A DNA stretch of 64,000 bases from Pristiophorus japonicus (lineage: Eukaryota). Below are positions 47,625-59,768 of this stretch, piece after piece. The stretch covers positions 49,166,001 to 49,230,000 of the forward strand of contig NC_091999.1 in the NCBI RefSeq assembly GCF_044704955.1, in the 5' to 3' direction. The translations under genes and the position numbers were made by a program. The notes under the pieces were generated by a model that saw nothing but the letters and a program-made list of their open reading frames with translations, was not told the origin of the DNA and did no database searches. Position 1 is the stretch's first letter. Each line of letters begins with the position of its first letter.

Positions 47625-49320
47625 TTGAGTTATACCTACATCAGCAAGTATTACATACATAAGCAATTCACTACCTTCATCATAATTCTGAGCCCCTATG
47701 TGCAACCTTATAATTTATCCTTTACAGGGGTCGATGCAAAGCCTCCCTCAGTGCTCTCTATGAGTCCTCTAATTGTTTGGTGAGACGGTTATCCACTCTG
47801 CTTAGATCTTCGTTTTAAATCTGAAGATTTCCTAATTTTTCCATTGCAGTGCCTACGTGAATTGCATTGATACTCAGCTGTTGCATTACTCAGTAGCTAA
47901 TGCAAATTGACTCTGCAAAATCTCAGTTTTCTGTTTACTGTCTGAATCTATTTTTTGCAAATCTTCATTCTTAGCCGAATTTTGTTTTTCCAATCCGATA
48001 TTTTATCCTCTAATTCTTTCTTGACCTTTGATTCATGTTCTGCGAAGTATGAAGGTGCATAGGTAACTAGACTCAGCGCCTTACCAAGCTTCTTTTTCTT
48101 AGCTTTAATCTGTTCATCAGTAAAAGTGACCGTATCCTTAAGCGACACATTCGGGTTTTCCCCTAGGCAATCTACCAACAGTGTCTGCACTTGCGTATCG
48201 TCACATCTTTTTTCTAACTTTTTCTGATGCACTTCCCAAAGACACTCCTCTGGCAATTTAAAATTAATTATTTTAATTAAGCTTCCTTATCGAAAATAAT
48301 AGTCATTATCGGTTGATGTAAATTAACCCACCATAAGGTTTGATCGGTGATCAAACTATCTGCCTTGCGTCTGCTGTTTATACACAACAACCTGATTTTA
48401 AATGGAGAGAAAAAATTACAAGAGTCCCCAATGAAATTGGAAAAGAATATATTGTATTTTGTTTTAAATATCTCTTTGTTTTGTCCCTTCGTGGTTGCCA
48501 GATGTAGTTTTTAAATACTGACCAGCTTTTTGCCGCTTGCTAACTATAGCAATTCAACTATTCTCAGGGTTTATCTTTAATTCAAACTGGGAGACTTTGT
48601 TCAAATCATAACAAATGCTTTTACTACAGGTATAATGGATAAAAAAACAGAGCTTTATAAAGTTAATTATGTTCTGTTACAAAAAGTAATACTTAACAAA
48701 TTATAGTCACAGCCTACTTCTCGATAGTGACCTCTCGAGCTGACCGTGGTGCCGACTCCTTATCTCCTGTTCTCTTGATTCGCACTGCATTCTGAGTAGA
48801 ATAGCTGTTAATTTATACCATTTTTTTGTCCCATTCAAATGCTATGAAAATCTGCTGCTGCTTCACCCTTACAATAGATCATATTGTCTACTGCCTTTGA
48901 CCTTTAATGTTATCTCTATCTCCCCTCCATCTCTGCGGCAGGAATCATTTCTCTGAGAACAGTTATACGGACCATGTCACACAGAATGCATTACAAAGCT
49001 TGGCTTTAAAAAATTATGATAAGAACTGGTACATGCTGCATACCTTTATCTGATTGATTAATAATTTTGGCCTCCATCCTTCTAGTTCTAAATTAAGTTC
49101 TATCAGCAGTTACAAAAATGGATAACATAATAATGGCTCAGTTTAGCATGATGCTTTGCTTCTCAGCCTTTGGTCACTTTAAAACGCGTTTTAAGCTATA
49201 CGGCCATTTTCTATCATTTATAAACTAATTTTCCAGACTTTTACTGGAAATTACAAACATAAAAATTATTCATTAATTAAAGACGTGTAAAATAAGCTTC
49301 TTAACTCTAACTTCGAACAT
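47625..49320 (-). mobile_element. Endogenous retrovirus-like 5' fragment: LTR (~48503-49320), PBS and degenerate coiled-coil gag-like ORF
   Basis: + strand gtcccttcgtggttgcca at 48483-48500 equals the 3' 18 nt of vertebrate tRNA-Arg(UCG)+CCA, i.e. a PBS on the - strand, 2 nt from the LTR-terminal CA (48504-48503). TATAAA at ~48815. ORF 47948..48256 is K/E-rich. Confidence 0.7.
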
Positions 49321-49624
49321 CTGTCAATAGGAGGTATATTAGATTAGGCAGCAACTCCATCCATTCCCAAACTAACTTCCAAGCCCCTTCAGTAGCGCCG
49401 ATGAATCTTCTCTCCCGCCAACGCTAAGTGTCATTCTACTGCAGGAGGCTTCAGGCCTAGACCGCATGGGTTTAGAGAAAGAGCAGCGCGGCAACAGAAG
49501 GAACACGGGGGAAGATATTCTGGTGTGACCACAAACCGTGGGAGGTGTTTTTTGGTCGGGGGGCTCCGAATGAAAGTTCAGACGGTAAAGGACAGTGTAC
49601 ACAAAGTTCAGCGAAACAGGGAGC

Positions 49625-49980
49625 GAATATCACTGGTAGAACTCTGCGTAATCATCAGTGAGTTCAGGGAGATGGTATCAGAGGGAATGGACTAGAGCAG
49701 GGAGACAGAATCCCTGGGATGATGACCAATGAGTTAAGGGAGATGGTAACAGAGCGAATGCAGTTGAGCAGCGAGGCAGGATCCCCGGGGTGATGATCAG
49801 TGAGTTCGTGGAGATGGTATCAGGGGGAAAGGAGCAGAGAAGGCAGACAGGATCCCCAGTTGATTATTAGTGAGTTCAGGGAGATGGTATCAGAGGGAAT
49901 GGAGCAGGGCAGCGAGACAGGATCCCTGGGGTGATGATCACTGAGTTTGGGGTTATGGTATCAGAGGGAATGGAGCAGAG
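49625..49980. repeat. 71-bp minisatellite, ~5 copies
   Basis: tgagtt recurs at 49659, 49730, 49801, 49871 and 49942. Confidence 0.9.
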
Positions 49981-49982
49981 TA

Positions 49983-51750
49983 GAACATAAGAACATAAGA
50001 ACATAAGAAATAGGAACAGGAGTAGACACAACGGTCCCTCGAGCCTGCTCCATCTTTCAATAGGATCAGTGCTGATCTGTTCATGGATTCAGCTCCACTT
50101 TCCTGCCCGCTGCCCATAACCCCTTATCCCCTTATCGTTTAAGAAACCGTCTATTTCTGCCTTAAATTTATTCAATGTCCCAGCTTCCAGAACTCTCTGA
50201 GGCAGCGATTTCCACAGATTTACAACCCTCTGAGAGAAGAGATTTCTGCTCATCTCTGTTTTAAATGGGCGGCCCCTGATTCTAAGATCATGCCCTCTAG
50301 TTCAGTGGAAACATGCTCGTTAAATCCATCCTGACAAGCCCCCTAAGATTATACTCTTCGATAAGATCACCTCTCATTCTTCTGAATTCCAATGAGTGGA
50401 GGCCCAACCTACTCGACCGTTCCTCATAACTCACCCCCCTCATTCCCGGAATCAACCTAGTGAATCTTCTCTGAACTGCTTCCAAAGCAAGTATATCCTT
50501 TCGTAAATATGGAAATCAAAACGTCACGTCGTATTCCAGGTTTGGCCTCACCAATATCTTATATAGCATTAGCAAGACATCCCTGCTTTTATAGTCCATC
50601 CCCTTTGCAATAAAAGTCAAGATACCATTGGCCTTCCTGATCACTTGCTCTACCTGCATACTCTCCTTTTGTGTTTCATGCACAAATACCCCAGGTCCTG
50701 CTGTGCTGCGGCATTTTACAATTTTTCTCCATTTAAATAATAACGTGCTCTTCGATTTTTTTCTGCAAAAGTGCATGACCTCACACTTTCTAACATTATA
50801 CTCCATCTGACAAATTTTGACCCACTCACTTAGCCTGTCTACGTCCTTTTGCAGATTTTTTGTGTCCTCCTCACACATTGCTTTTCCTCCCATCTTTGTA
50901 ACGTCATCAAACTTGAATATGTTTCACTCAGTCCCTTCTTCCAAGTCGTTAATATAGATAGTAAATAGTTGGGGTCACAGCACTGATCCCTGCGGCGCCC
51001 CACTAGTTACTGGTTGCCAATGAGAGAATTACCCATTTATCCCTACTCTCTGTTTATGTTCGTTAGCCACTTTTCTATCCATGCTACTATATTACCCCCA
51101 ACCCCGTGAACGTTTATCTTGTGCATTAACCGTTTATGTCGCACCTTGTCAAATGCCTCCATAAGTCCAAATACACCACTTCCACTGTTTCTGGTTTATC
51201 CACCCTGTTCGTTACATCCTCAAAGAACTCCATCAAATTTGTCAAACCTGACTTCCACTTCATAAGTCCATGCTGATTCTGCCAGACCGAATTTTGCTTT
51301 TCAAAATGTCCTGCTACAGCTTCTTTAATAATGTACTCCAACATTTTCCCAACCACAGATTTTAGTCTAACTGATCTATAGTTTTCTGCTTTTTGTCTAC
51401 TTCCTTTTTTAAATAGGCACATTACATTTGCAATTTCCAAATCTCCTGGGATCTCCCCAGAATCCAGAGAATTTTGGTAAATTAAAACCAATACATCCAC
51501 AATCCCTATCACTACATCTTTTAAGACCCGAGGATGCAATCCCTCATGTCTAGGGGATTTATCCGCCTTTATTCCCATTATCTTACTGAGTACCATCGCC
51601 TTAGTGATTGTGATTGTGTTAAGTTCCACCCGTCCTATTGGCCCTTTACTATCCACTGTCGGAATATTGCTAGCGTCCTCGACTGTAAAGACTAATACGA
51701 AATATTGTTCAGAGTTTCTGCCATCTCCATGTTCCCCATTACTAATTCCA
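49983..51750 (-). mobile_element. CR1 RT + 3' UTR
   Basis: ORFs 51126..51656, 50516..50893 and 50297..50485; (aacataag)n tail. Confidence 0.93.
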
Positions 51751-52249
51751 GTAGGGCTAACTGCATTCTGGAAACAGGAGACAGAGTGCCAGTGTTAATG
51801 GGTGTTGCTGAGATTAGAGCAGGATTGCAGGTGGTTATTTTGCTCCTCGTTCTGTTTAAAACGTTTGGACTCGGGAGTCATTTAAAGAGGACAGTCCAAA
51901 ACCAAAATTCATTGTACAAATGCTCTCCCCGAGAGGAGGGCTCCACTCGCATACTTAGCCTGGTCAAAACTAAAATGGTATTAGATCAGAATTGGATTTT
52001 CCCCGGCGATCACACACTCTGCCCCCACCTAGCACACCGGCGGAGAGGGCTCCATAATACCCATGGGCACCGTGCCGTGCCGGAACTTATCTGCCTGAAA
52101 TACTGTCTAAAAGCTGTTCAACTGGAAAATTGAGAGAGTCGCGGTGTATAACAGAAAAAGGTCGAGAGAGCGTGTGTATGTCTGAAAACCACCGAGCTCT
52201 GGGAATGATTCCCCAAGGTTGTGCACGGTGTTTGTGTCAGATTTCGAAC

Positions 52250-52842
52250 CAGTGCTATCCCTGCCCTGCGACTTTTGCTGGGACACTGTAGAGGGAGTTT
52301 TACTCTATATCTAACCCGTGCTGTACCTGCCCTGGGAGAGTTTGATTCGTCAGGGTAGAGGGAGCTTTACACTGTATCTAACCCGTGCTGTCCCTGCCCT
52401 GGGAGAGTTTGATGGGTCAGTGTAGAGGGAGCTTTACTCTGTATCTAACCCATGCTGTCCCTGCACTGGGAGAGTTTGATGGGTCAGTGTAGAGGGAGCT
52501 TTACACTGTATCCAACCCGTGCTGTCCCTGCCCTGGGAGAGTTTGATGGATCAGTGTAGAGGGAGCTTTACTCTGTATCTAACCCATGCTTTCCCTGCCC
52601 TGGGAGAGTTTGATGGGTCAGTGTAGAGGGAGCATTACTCTATATCTAACCGTGCTCTCCCTGCACTTGGAATGTTTGATGGGTCGGTGTAGAGGGAGCT
52701 GTACTCTGTATCTAATGCGTGCTTTACCTGCCCTGTGAGTATTTGATTGGACAGTGTATAGGGGCATTTACCTTATATCAATCCCATGCTGTACCTGCCC
52801 TAGGAGATTTGTATGGGACACTGTAGAGGGAAACTTACTCTG
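52250..52842 (+). repeat. 67-bp satellite, ~9 well-conserved copies
   Basis: aacccgtgctg/aacccatgctg at 52313, 52380, 52447 and onward. Confidence 0.95.
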
Positions 52843-53294
52843 TCGTGTACTGAAATATGACAAGCTGTGATGGAGCAGAGTCCTGCTCTTTGATAGAACC
52901 TGCCATGTGACTGCGACAGACCATAATATTCGAGGAGGCTGCATGGTGCATCTGGTCGCTGTGCAGTAATTGCGCCTCTGGGACCGGATACAACAAGGCA
53001 GCGGTAGAGGTGTCTTTACTCCAGGGACACTGGGTGGCGCAGTGGGTCTTTCACCAATGAGACTTGGTTTCAATCACAACCCAGACAGGACGGGTGAAAC
53101 ATACCTGTCAGGTAAATAAAACACAGTGTGACAGGGAAAATGGAGCCATGGAGAAATAAACAGAGCAAATTCCAAGTTAGTTTATTTGTGATTCCAGATT
53201 TATTAACAATGTCATAGAAAACAATTTACAGGGAAGTTTAAAAAAGTGAACACAAAGTGAATACAACTGAGCAGAACATTGAGAACCGAACTCA

Positions 53295-53725
53295 GATGGA
53301 TTGGGCCTGTACTCTCTGGAGTTTAGAATAATGAGAGGTGATCGGATTGAAACATAAGATTCTGAGAGCGATTGACAGGATAAATGCTGAAGCGTTGTTT
53401 CTCCCTGGCTGGAGAGTCCAGAACTAGGGAGGCACTATCTAAAGATAAAGGATCGGCCAGTTAAAACAGAGACGAGGAGGAATTCCTCCACTCAGAGGGT
53501 TCTGAACCTTTGGAATTCTCTACCCCAGAGGGCTGTGGATGCTGAGTCTCTAAATATATTCAAGACCCAAATAGATAGATTTTTGGCTCAAGCAGAACTA
53601 GGGATATGGCTATCGGGCGGGAAAGTGGAGTTGAGGTCGATTATCAGCCCTGAATGTATTGAATTGCGCAGAAAACTCGAGGGGCCATTAGGTCTACTCC
53701 TGCTCCTATTTCTTATGTTCTTATG
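53295..53725 (+). mobile_element. CR1 3' fragment
   Basis: LGLYSLEFR..RGD motif and ttcttatgttcttatg tail. Confidence 0.85.
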
Positions 53726-54080
53726 TCGGAGCTGCCAGCTATCTGTACTGTTGTGACAGACACCAGAGGGAGAGAAAACAGGGGTTCAGCATAAAGGGAA
53801 GGGAAAAATTGTGAATAAAATGAGTAAAGTTACTTATTTGCACACGAAATATTCAAGGCACGGTGAAATCCCGAGATACAGTTACATTACAGCCACAATT
53901 ATCGTACATATTTCAAACTCAAAGACGGAAATCCCAGTTATATATTTCTCAGCTACTGATTCGGATCTAGTAACTTGAGGCATTTTACTCTGAGAATCAC
54001 CAAGAGGACATAGTTTATTTTTAGTGACACAGAGATGATAAACAGATGAAGAAAATCCACGGCGGCCGAAAGTCAGACCA

Positions 54081-54088
54081 TCACTTGA
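54081..54088 (-). CDS. IGHM: IgM TM2 exon coding part (expected VK*), apparently lacking one G after the acceptor
   Basis: Minus strand tctctattacag|TCAAGTGA versus expected cag|GTCAAGTGA. AATAAA at 54019-54014. Confidence 0.65.
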
Positions 54089-54203
54089 CTGTAATAGAGA
54101 GATAAAAGAATGAAGCTGAGGTTTAGTGCTCTAGGGCATTTATCTCAGGATTTGTCAAACGGCTTCCGTCAGATGGAAGTGTGAGCGGATTGAATCTTCC
54201 CAC

Positions 54204-54331
54204 CTTCACCAGAGTGATGGCAGTGCTGTAGGAAATGCTCAGGAAGAACAGGATGATGAATGTGGAAGCGGTTGTCCAGATTTTGTCGCTCTCGTCCTCG
54301 TACTCTTCACTCCAGATGTGGTCTGAGGAAT
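54204..54331 (-). CDS. IGHM: IgM heavy chain transmembrane exon TM1
   Basis: ag|AT TCC...GTG AAG|gt, 128 nt: (D)SSDHIWSEEYEDESDKIWTTASTFIILFFLSISYSTAITLVK, with the conserved antigen-receptor TM motif. Phase matches the CH4 internal donor. Confidence 0.93.
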
Positions 54332-55019
54332 CTACGGGGATGTAGGGGAGGAAATATATTCAGATCGTTTTTAATGCGGGTTGTTATACTATTAATTTAT
54401 TTCCTCTTTTCTTTCCCGTAAGGTATTAGTTTATACTCTAATTTAACTTTGAATGTATACCTTGTGTTAAGTTAATCACTCTCAGCAACCTCTCTCTGTG
54501 CCTCACTCCACAGTCGTTCTTTCTTTATGATCCTCTTTTCGTCCGTTTTGGAAAATATGATAGTTTTTCTTCAATCTCAGAGGCTAATTGATTTTGGATG
54601 ACTTCGTTACGCTTGATCATTCCAGAATAATATGATGAAATATCGAGTGAGGATTACAGCTGGATCTCTATTGCTTTACCGGTAGGTTAAGGTAGTTAAT
54701 TATTTGGAGCCTGCCAAAGGGGCTATTTAAGAGATCAGTTGTGAGTTTTTACCTTGTTTATTTATTTGTTAAGACAATGCTCTGTCCATAATTAACATAT
54801 CGGTTTGCAAGAACTATATTGATCCAGTGTATGTGTAAGGATAGAATAGTGAAATGTGAGATATTATGGTATCAGGTATTATTTATTCTGGCCAAGCATT
54901 GGTACTTTGTCCGGCCAAAAACTGCATTTTAATTGACATTCGTCTATAGCCGGACGTTTTTGTTTGTGCTCTTTACTGTTTATGTGAGTGCATGACTATC
55001 TCTTGTTCTGGATTAGTTC

Positions 55020-57985
55020 ATGTTTCCGTGTCTCTGTGAGGGTGTTACTGTGTGTGTTTATGTAATTGTGTGCGTGCTTTTCTCTGTGTGTGTACGTTTA
55101 TGTGTAAAAGTGTGTGTGTGTGTGTGTTTATGTGTAACTGTGTTTGTTGATGTGTAAGTTTGTGCACGTGTGCAGTTGTAAGATTGAGTATGCCTGTGTA
55201 AATCTTTGTGTTATTTTGTGTAAGTGGGCCTGTGTCTATATGGAAGCGTGTGTTTATCTGTAATTATGAGTGTGCGATTTGGTGTAGTTGGGTGCAGGTA
55301 AGTTTATGTATAAGCACGTCCATGTCTAAGGGTTTGTGTATTGATGTTTGTGTGTGTATGTTTGTGTGCAAGTGTGTTCACGTGTGTGCATTTGTGTAAG
55401 TGTATGTGTATCCTTGTGTATATGTATGTAAGTTCATGTGTGTGTTTGTCTGTAAGTGTAAGTGTGTGATTATGTCTGAGTGTTCGTTTATGTTTAGGTG
55501 TAAGCGTGTGCGTGTTTACATGTAACAGTGGGTTTGCAGGTAAGTTTGTGTGTGTTTGTGTGTGTGTGTTTTATGTTAGTGTGTGTGTGGATTGATGTGT
55601 GTGTTTATGTGTGTGTGTAAGTGTGTGTAAGTGTGTTTTTGTAAGTGAGTGTTTGGATTGATGTATGTGGAAGTGTGTGTTTGTAAGTGGGTGTTTGGAT
55701 TGACGTGTGTGAAAATGTGTGTGTGTAAGTGTGTATAAGTGTGCTTTTTGTAAGTGTGTTTGGATTGATTTTTGTGTTTATGTGTATTTAAGTGTGTGTA
55801 CGTGTGTTTTGTGTAAGTGCATGTGTGGATTCATGTGTGCGTTTATGTGTTTGTAAGTGTGTTTTGTGTAAGTGTGTATAAGTGTTTGCACGTGTGTTTT
55901 GTGTAAAGTGTGTGTGTGGATTGACGTGTGTGTTTATGTGTGTGTAGTGTGTGTGTGTGTGTATTTTGGGTAAGTGCGTGTGTGGATTGATGTGTACGTT
56001 TATGTGTGTGTAAGTGTGCTTTGCGTAAGTGCGTGTGTGGATTGATGTGTATGTTTATGTGTGAGTAAGTGTGTTTTGTGTAAGTGTGTGTGTGGATTGA
56101 TGTGTGTGTTAATGTGTGTGTAAGTGTGTGTACCTGTGTTTTGTGTAAGTGTATGTGTGGATTGATGTGTGTGTGTATGTGTGTGAAAGTGTGTTTTGTG
56201 TAAGTGCGTGTATGGATTGATGTGTCTATTTATGTGTGTGCAAGTGTGCTTTTTGTAAGTGTGTTTGGATTGGTATGTGTGTGTTTATGTGTGTGTAAGT
56301 GTGTTCCGTGTAAGTGTGTGTAAGTGTGCTTTGTGTAATTGTGTGTTTGGATTGATGTGTGTGTGTAAGTGTGTGTAAGTGTATTTTGTGTAAGTGTATG
56401 TGTGGATTGATGTGAAGTAATTATGGGTGTGTTAGTGCGTGTCAGTATGTTTTGTGAAATGTGTGTGTGGATTGAAGTGTGTCTTTATGTGTGTGTAACT
56501 GTGTTTTGTGTAGTGTGTGTTTGGATTATTGTCTATTATTGCTAATGTTCGAAGTTTCAGAGAGTATCAATAACTGGATTTTACAATGATGGTTTTCATT
56601 ATATTCTAGTTATGTGTAATATTGTGTGTCAGAGTGTTAACGTATGTCATTATATATAAGTCTATGTGTGTTTATGTGTAATTGTGCACTTACACAAAAA
56701 CACAAACACTTACACAAAATCATCAACACACTGTCATGTGAACACACACAACCTCACTTTCATATTTATTCTCCCGACTCTGTAAATGTGTTCTGTTTGA
56801 GGAATAATGTGACGTCAGCCGAAAGAATGCAACAATTCAACCGATGGGCCTCAGAAACATCAGGGACACTGTGAGAAACCCGCAGAGGATTAATTCACCA
56901 GTTTAGATATGGCCCGTTAGAATTCAACATGTTCGTTTACAATTAACAGGGACAATTTCACCACAACACTATTTAAAAATATTACGTGGAATAAATAGTT
57001 ATTTCAGAATAGAATACTCATGTGGCAAGTTTAAAATCTTTACACCATGGGTTAGAATCTCACATTGTACACAGTGTGTTTATGTGTGTGTAAATGTGAT
57101 TTTTGTAAATGTGTATAAGTGTTTGTAAGTGTGTGTAAGTGTTTGCACCTGTGTTTTGTGTAAGTGTGTGTGTAGATTGACGTGTGTGTTTATGTGTGTG
57201 TGCGTGTGTGGATTGATGTGTATGTTTGTGTGTGTAAGTGTGTTTTGTGTAAGTGCGTGTGTGGATTGATATGTGTATTTATGTGTGCGTAAGTGTGTTT
57301 TGTGTAAGTGTGTCTGTGGATTGATGTGAGTATTTATGTGTGTGTAAGTGTGTTTGGTGTAAGTACGTGTGTGGATTGATGTGTGTGTTTATGTGTGTGA
57401 AAGTATCTTTTTTGTAAGTGCGTGTATGGATTGATGTGTGTATTTATGTGTGTGTAAGTATATGCAAGTGTGTTTTTTGTAAGTGTGTGTTTGGATTGGT
57501 GTGTGTGTGTTTATGTGTGTGTAAGTGTGTTTGGTGTAAGTGTGTGTGTGGATTGATGTGTGTGTTTATGTGTGAAAGTATGTTTTATGTAAGTGCGTGT
57601 ATGGATTGATGTGTGTATTTATGTGTGTGTAAGTATATGCAAGTGTGGTTTTTGTAAGTGTGTGTTTGGATTGGTGTCTGTGTGTTTATGTGTGTGTAAC
57701 TGTGTTTGGTGTAAGTGTGTGTGTGGATTGATGTGTGTGTTTATGTGTGTGAAAGTATGTTTTATGTAAGTGCGTGTATGGATTGATGTGTGTATTTATG
57801 TGTGTGTAAGTGTGTGCAAGTGTGCATTTTGTAAGTGTGTGTTTGGATTGTTGTGTGTGTTTATGCGTGTGTAAGTGTGTTTTGTGTAAGTGTGCTTTGT
57901 GTAAGTGTGTGTCTGGATTGACGTGTGTTTTTATGTGTGTAAGTGTGTGTAACTGTGTTTTGTGTAGTGTGTGTTTGGATTGATA
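55020..57985. repeat. TG-rich (CA-rich on the transcribed strand) satellite, ~50-bp subunit, in two blocks (55020-56530 and 57070-57985)
   Basis: gtgtggattgatgtgtgtgtttatgtgtgtgtaagtgtgttttgtgtaa repeats. Confidence 0.95.
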
Positions 57986-58531
57986 TCTATTATTGCTACT
58001 GTTCGAAGTTTCAGAGAGTATCAATAACTGGATTTTACAAAGATGGTTTTCATTATATTCTAGTTATGTATAATATTATGTGTCAGAGTGTTAATGTATG
58101 TCTTTATATGTAAGTCTATGTGTGTTTATGTGTAATTGTGCACTTACACAAAAACACACACACTTACACAAAGTCATCAACATACTTCCATGTGAACACA
58201 CACAAACTCACTTTCACATTTATTCTCCCTGGCTCTGTGTAAATGTGTTCTGTTTGAGGAATTATGTGACGTCAGCTGAAAGAATGCAACGATTCAACCG
58301 ATGGGCCTCAGAAACATCAGGGACACAACTGTGAGAAACCCGCAGTGGATTCAATCACCAGTTTAGATATGGCCCATTAGAATTCAACATGTTTGTTTAC
58401 AATTAACAGGGACTGCTGCACCCCCAACCCTATTTAAAAATATTACGTGGAATAAATAGTTATTTCAGAATATAATACTCATGTGCCAAATTTAAAATAT
58501 TTAGACCATGGTTTAGAATCTCACATTGTAC
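56530..58531. repeat. Direct duplication of a ~540-bp non-satellite block (56530-57069 and ~57985-58531; offset ~1454 bp)
   Basis: gttcgaagtttcagagagtatcaataactgg at 56547 and 58001; both copies end agaatctcacattgtac. Confidence 0.93.
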
Positions 58532-58604
58532 TGATGCCAACTTAGTCCATATAAAATAGGGTGGTTCACTTCCCATGTCCCTGCAGGGGGCGTAGTGGTG
58601 ATTA

Positions 58605-58975
58605 CATGAATTACACATTGCCCTTTCCCCTCTCGCTGGTGGATGTGATAGGTCCAGTAAGCTAATAATTACCCTTTACTCTCTCACAGCTGGGGGAGTG
58701 GGGAGCGACAGTAGATTACCAATTACCCATCACAATCTCTGCTGGGGGAGTGCCTGATACAATGGGTTAACTATTGCCCATTTCCCTATCTCTGGTGGAG
58801 GAGGGAGTGTACAGTGGGTTAACAATTGCTGTTCCTCTCACTCGCTGTTGGGGGAATGGTATTAAAGTGGCCCAACAATTACCGTTCCCCCCCCCCTCTC
58901 TCTAGTTAGGGAAGTGGTTCTAAAGTTGGTTAACAATTACCCTTTCCCCTCTCTCAGGTGGGGAGTGGAGGTACA
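58605..58975. repeat. Diverged ~54-bp tandem repeat, ~7 copies
   Basis: caattacc(c/t tract)ctctcgctgggggagtgg..agtgggtt units. Confidence 0.7.
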
Positions 58976-59332
58976 GTTCGTGTTCGTGTGTGGCACTCAC
59001 TTCAGTTCCCCGTGGCTGCAATATGAAACTGACTTCAATTCTGAATTTGCGGTAGACAACCCGAGAAATAGGGACACCGAGATATAAATGTGCTGCCTTT
59101 ATTTATCGGAAATAGGAAAGGTAGGAAGTTTGTGAAGTTACTTTCATGAATCCTGTAAAGATAGAGCTTCACGCTGTCTCTAGCCCATGGTGTTTCTGCA
59201 CTGGGAGCTCTGGCTGTACAAGCCTTGGACCAGAGAACAGCAAACCCCCTACTTCGCCCTCACATTGGCCAAAATAGGAAACACAATTAATTGAGCGGCA
59301 GTGTGTTTAGCTCACTGTTGGAAGGAGAACAC

Positions 59333-59338
59333 TTTATT
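59333..59338 (-). terminator. Polyadenylation signal of secreted IgM mRNA
   Basis: AATAAA ~40 nt after the stop codon. Confidence 0.75.
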
Positions 59339-59376
59339 GGTTTCTATTTAAGAACTGAAAGGCAATCGAGAGATTG

Positions 59377-59768
59377 TCATTGACAAGAATTGACGGTGTC
59401 CATCAGAACAAGGGAAATGTTCACAAAACTGGGTTTACCGCTGGATTTATTGACGATTCTGTTGGTGATCTTCAAGGGGATCGCTTCATGTCCCACCACA
59501 CAGGAGTAAGAAGCGCCGCTGGCCCACTCCTCGGCTGCAATGGATAGCAGGCTGTACATGAAGAAGGAGCTGCTGCCGTTCTCCGCCATCACCTCGGTGT
59601 TCTTGTAGTTGCCGGAATCCACCGGCTTGTCATTGACGGTCCATTTGACGAAGATCTCTCGGGGGGAGAAACCTCTCACTAAGCAGGTGAGGCTGACCAA
59701 CCTCGGAGCGGAGACTTCTTCTACCGAGGGCAGGAGGACAGACACGGCCGGTTCCCGCCGATCTTTCG
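59377..59768 (-). CDS. IGHM: IgM heavy chain CH4 + secretory tailpiece exon (internal donor after 59439 for the membrane form)
   Basis: ag|CG AAA GAT..; [21 protein letters not shown]1-set domain; tail [20 protein letters not shown] with N-glycan sequon and penultimate Cys; AGC G|GTAAAC donor. Confidence 0.96.

Noticed and set aside
32581-49320. One provirus spanning from the 5' LTR (48.5-49.3 kb) to the 3' LTR (32.6-33.1 kb) and carrying the tRNA array
   Set aside because: Same strand and correct order, but the two LTRs differ in length and show no visible sequence similarity.
52250-52842. CRISPR-like arrays (this and the other tandem repeats)
   Set aside because: Head-to-tail units without unique spacers, no cas genes, vertebrate DNA.
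55020-57985. Mammalian-type class-switch (S) region
   Set aside because: It lacks AGCT/GGGG pentamer repeats and lies 3' of CH4 rather than 5' of CH1.
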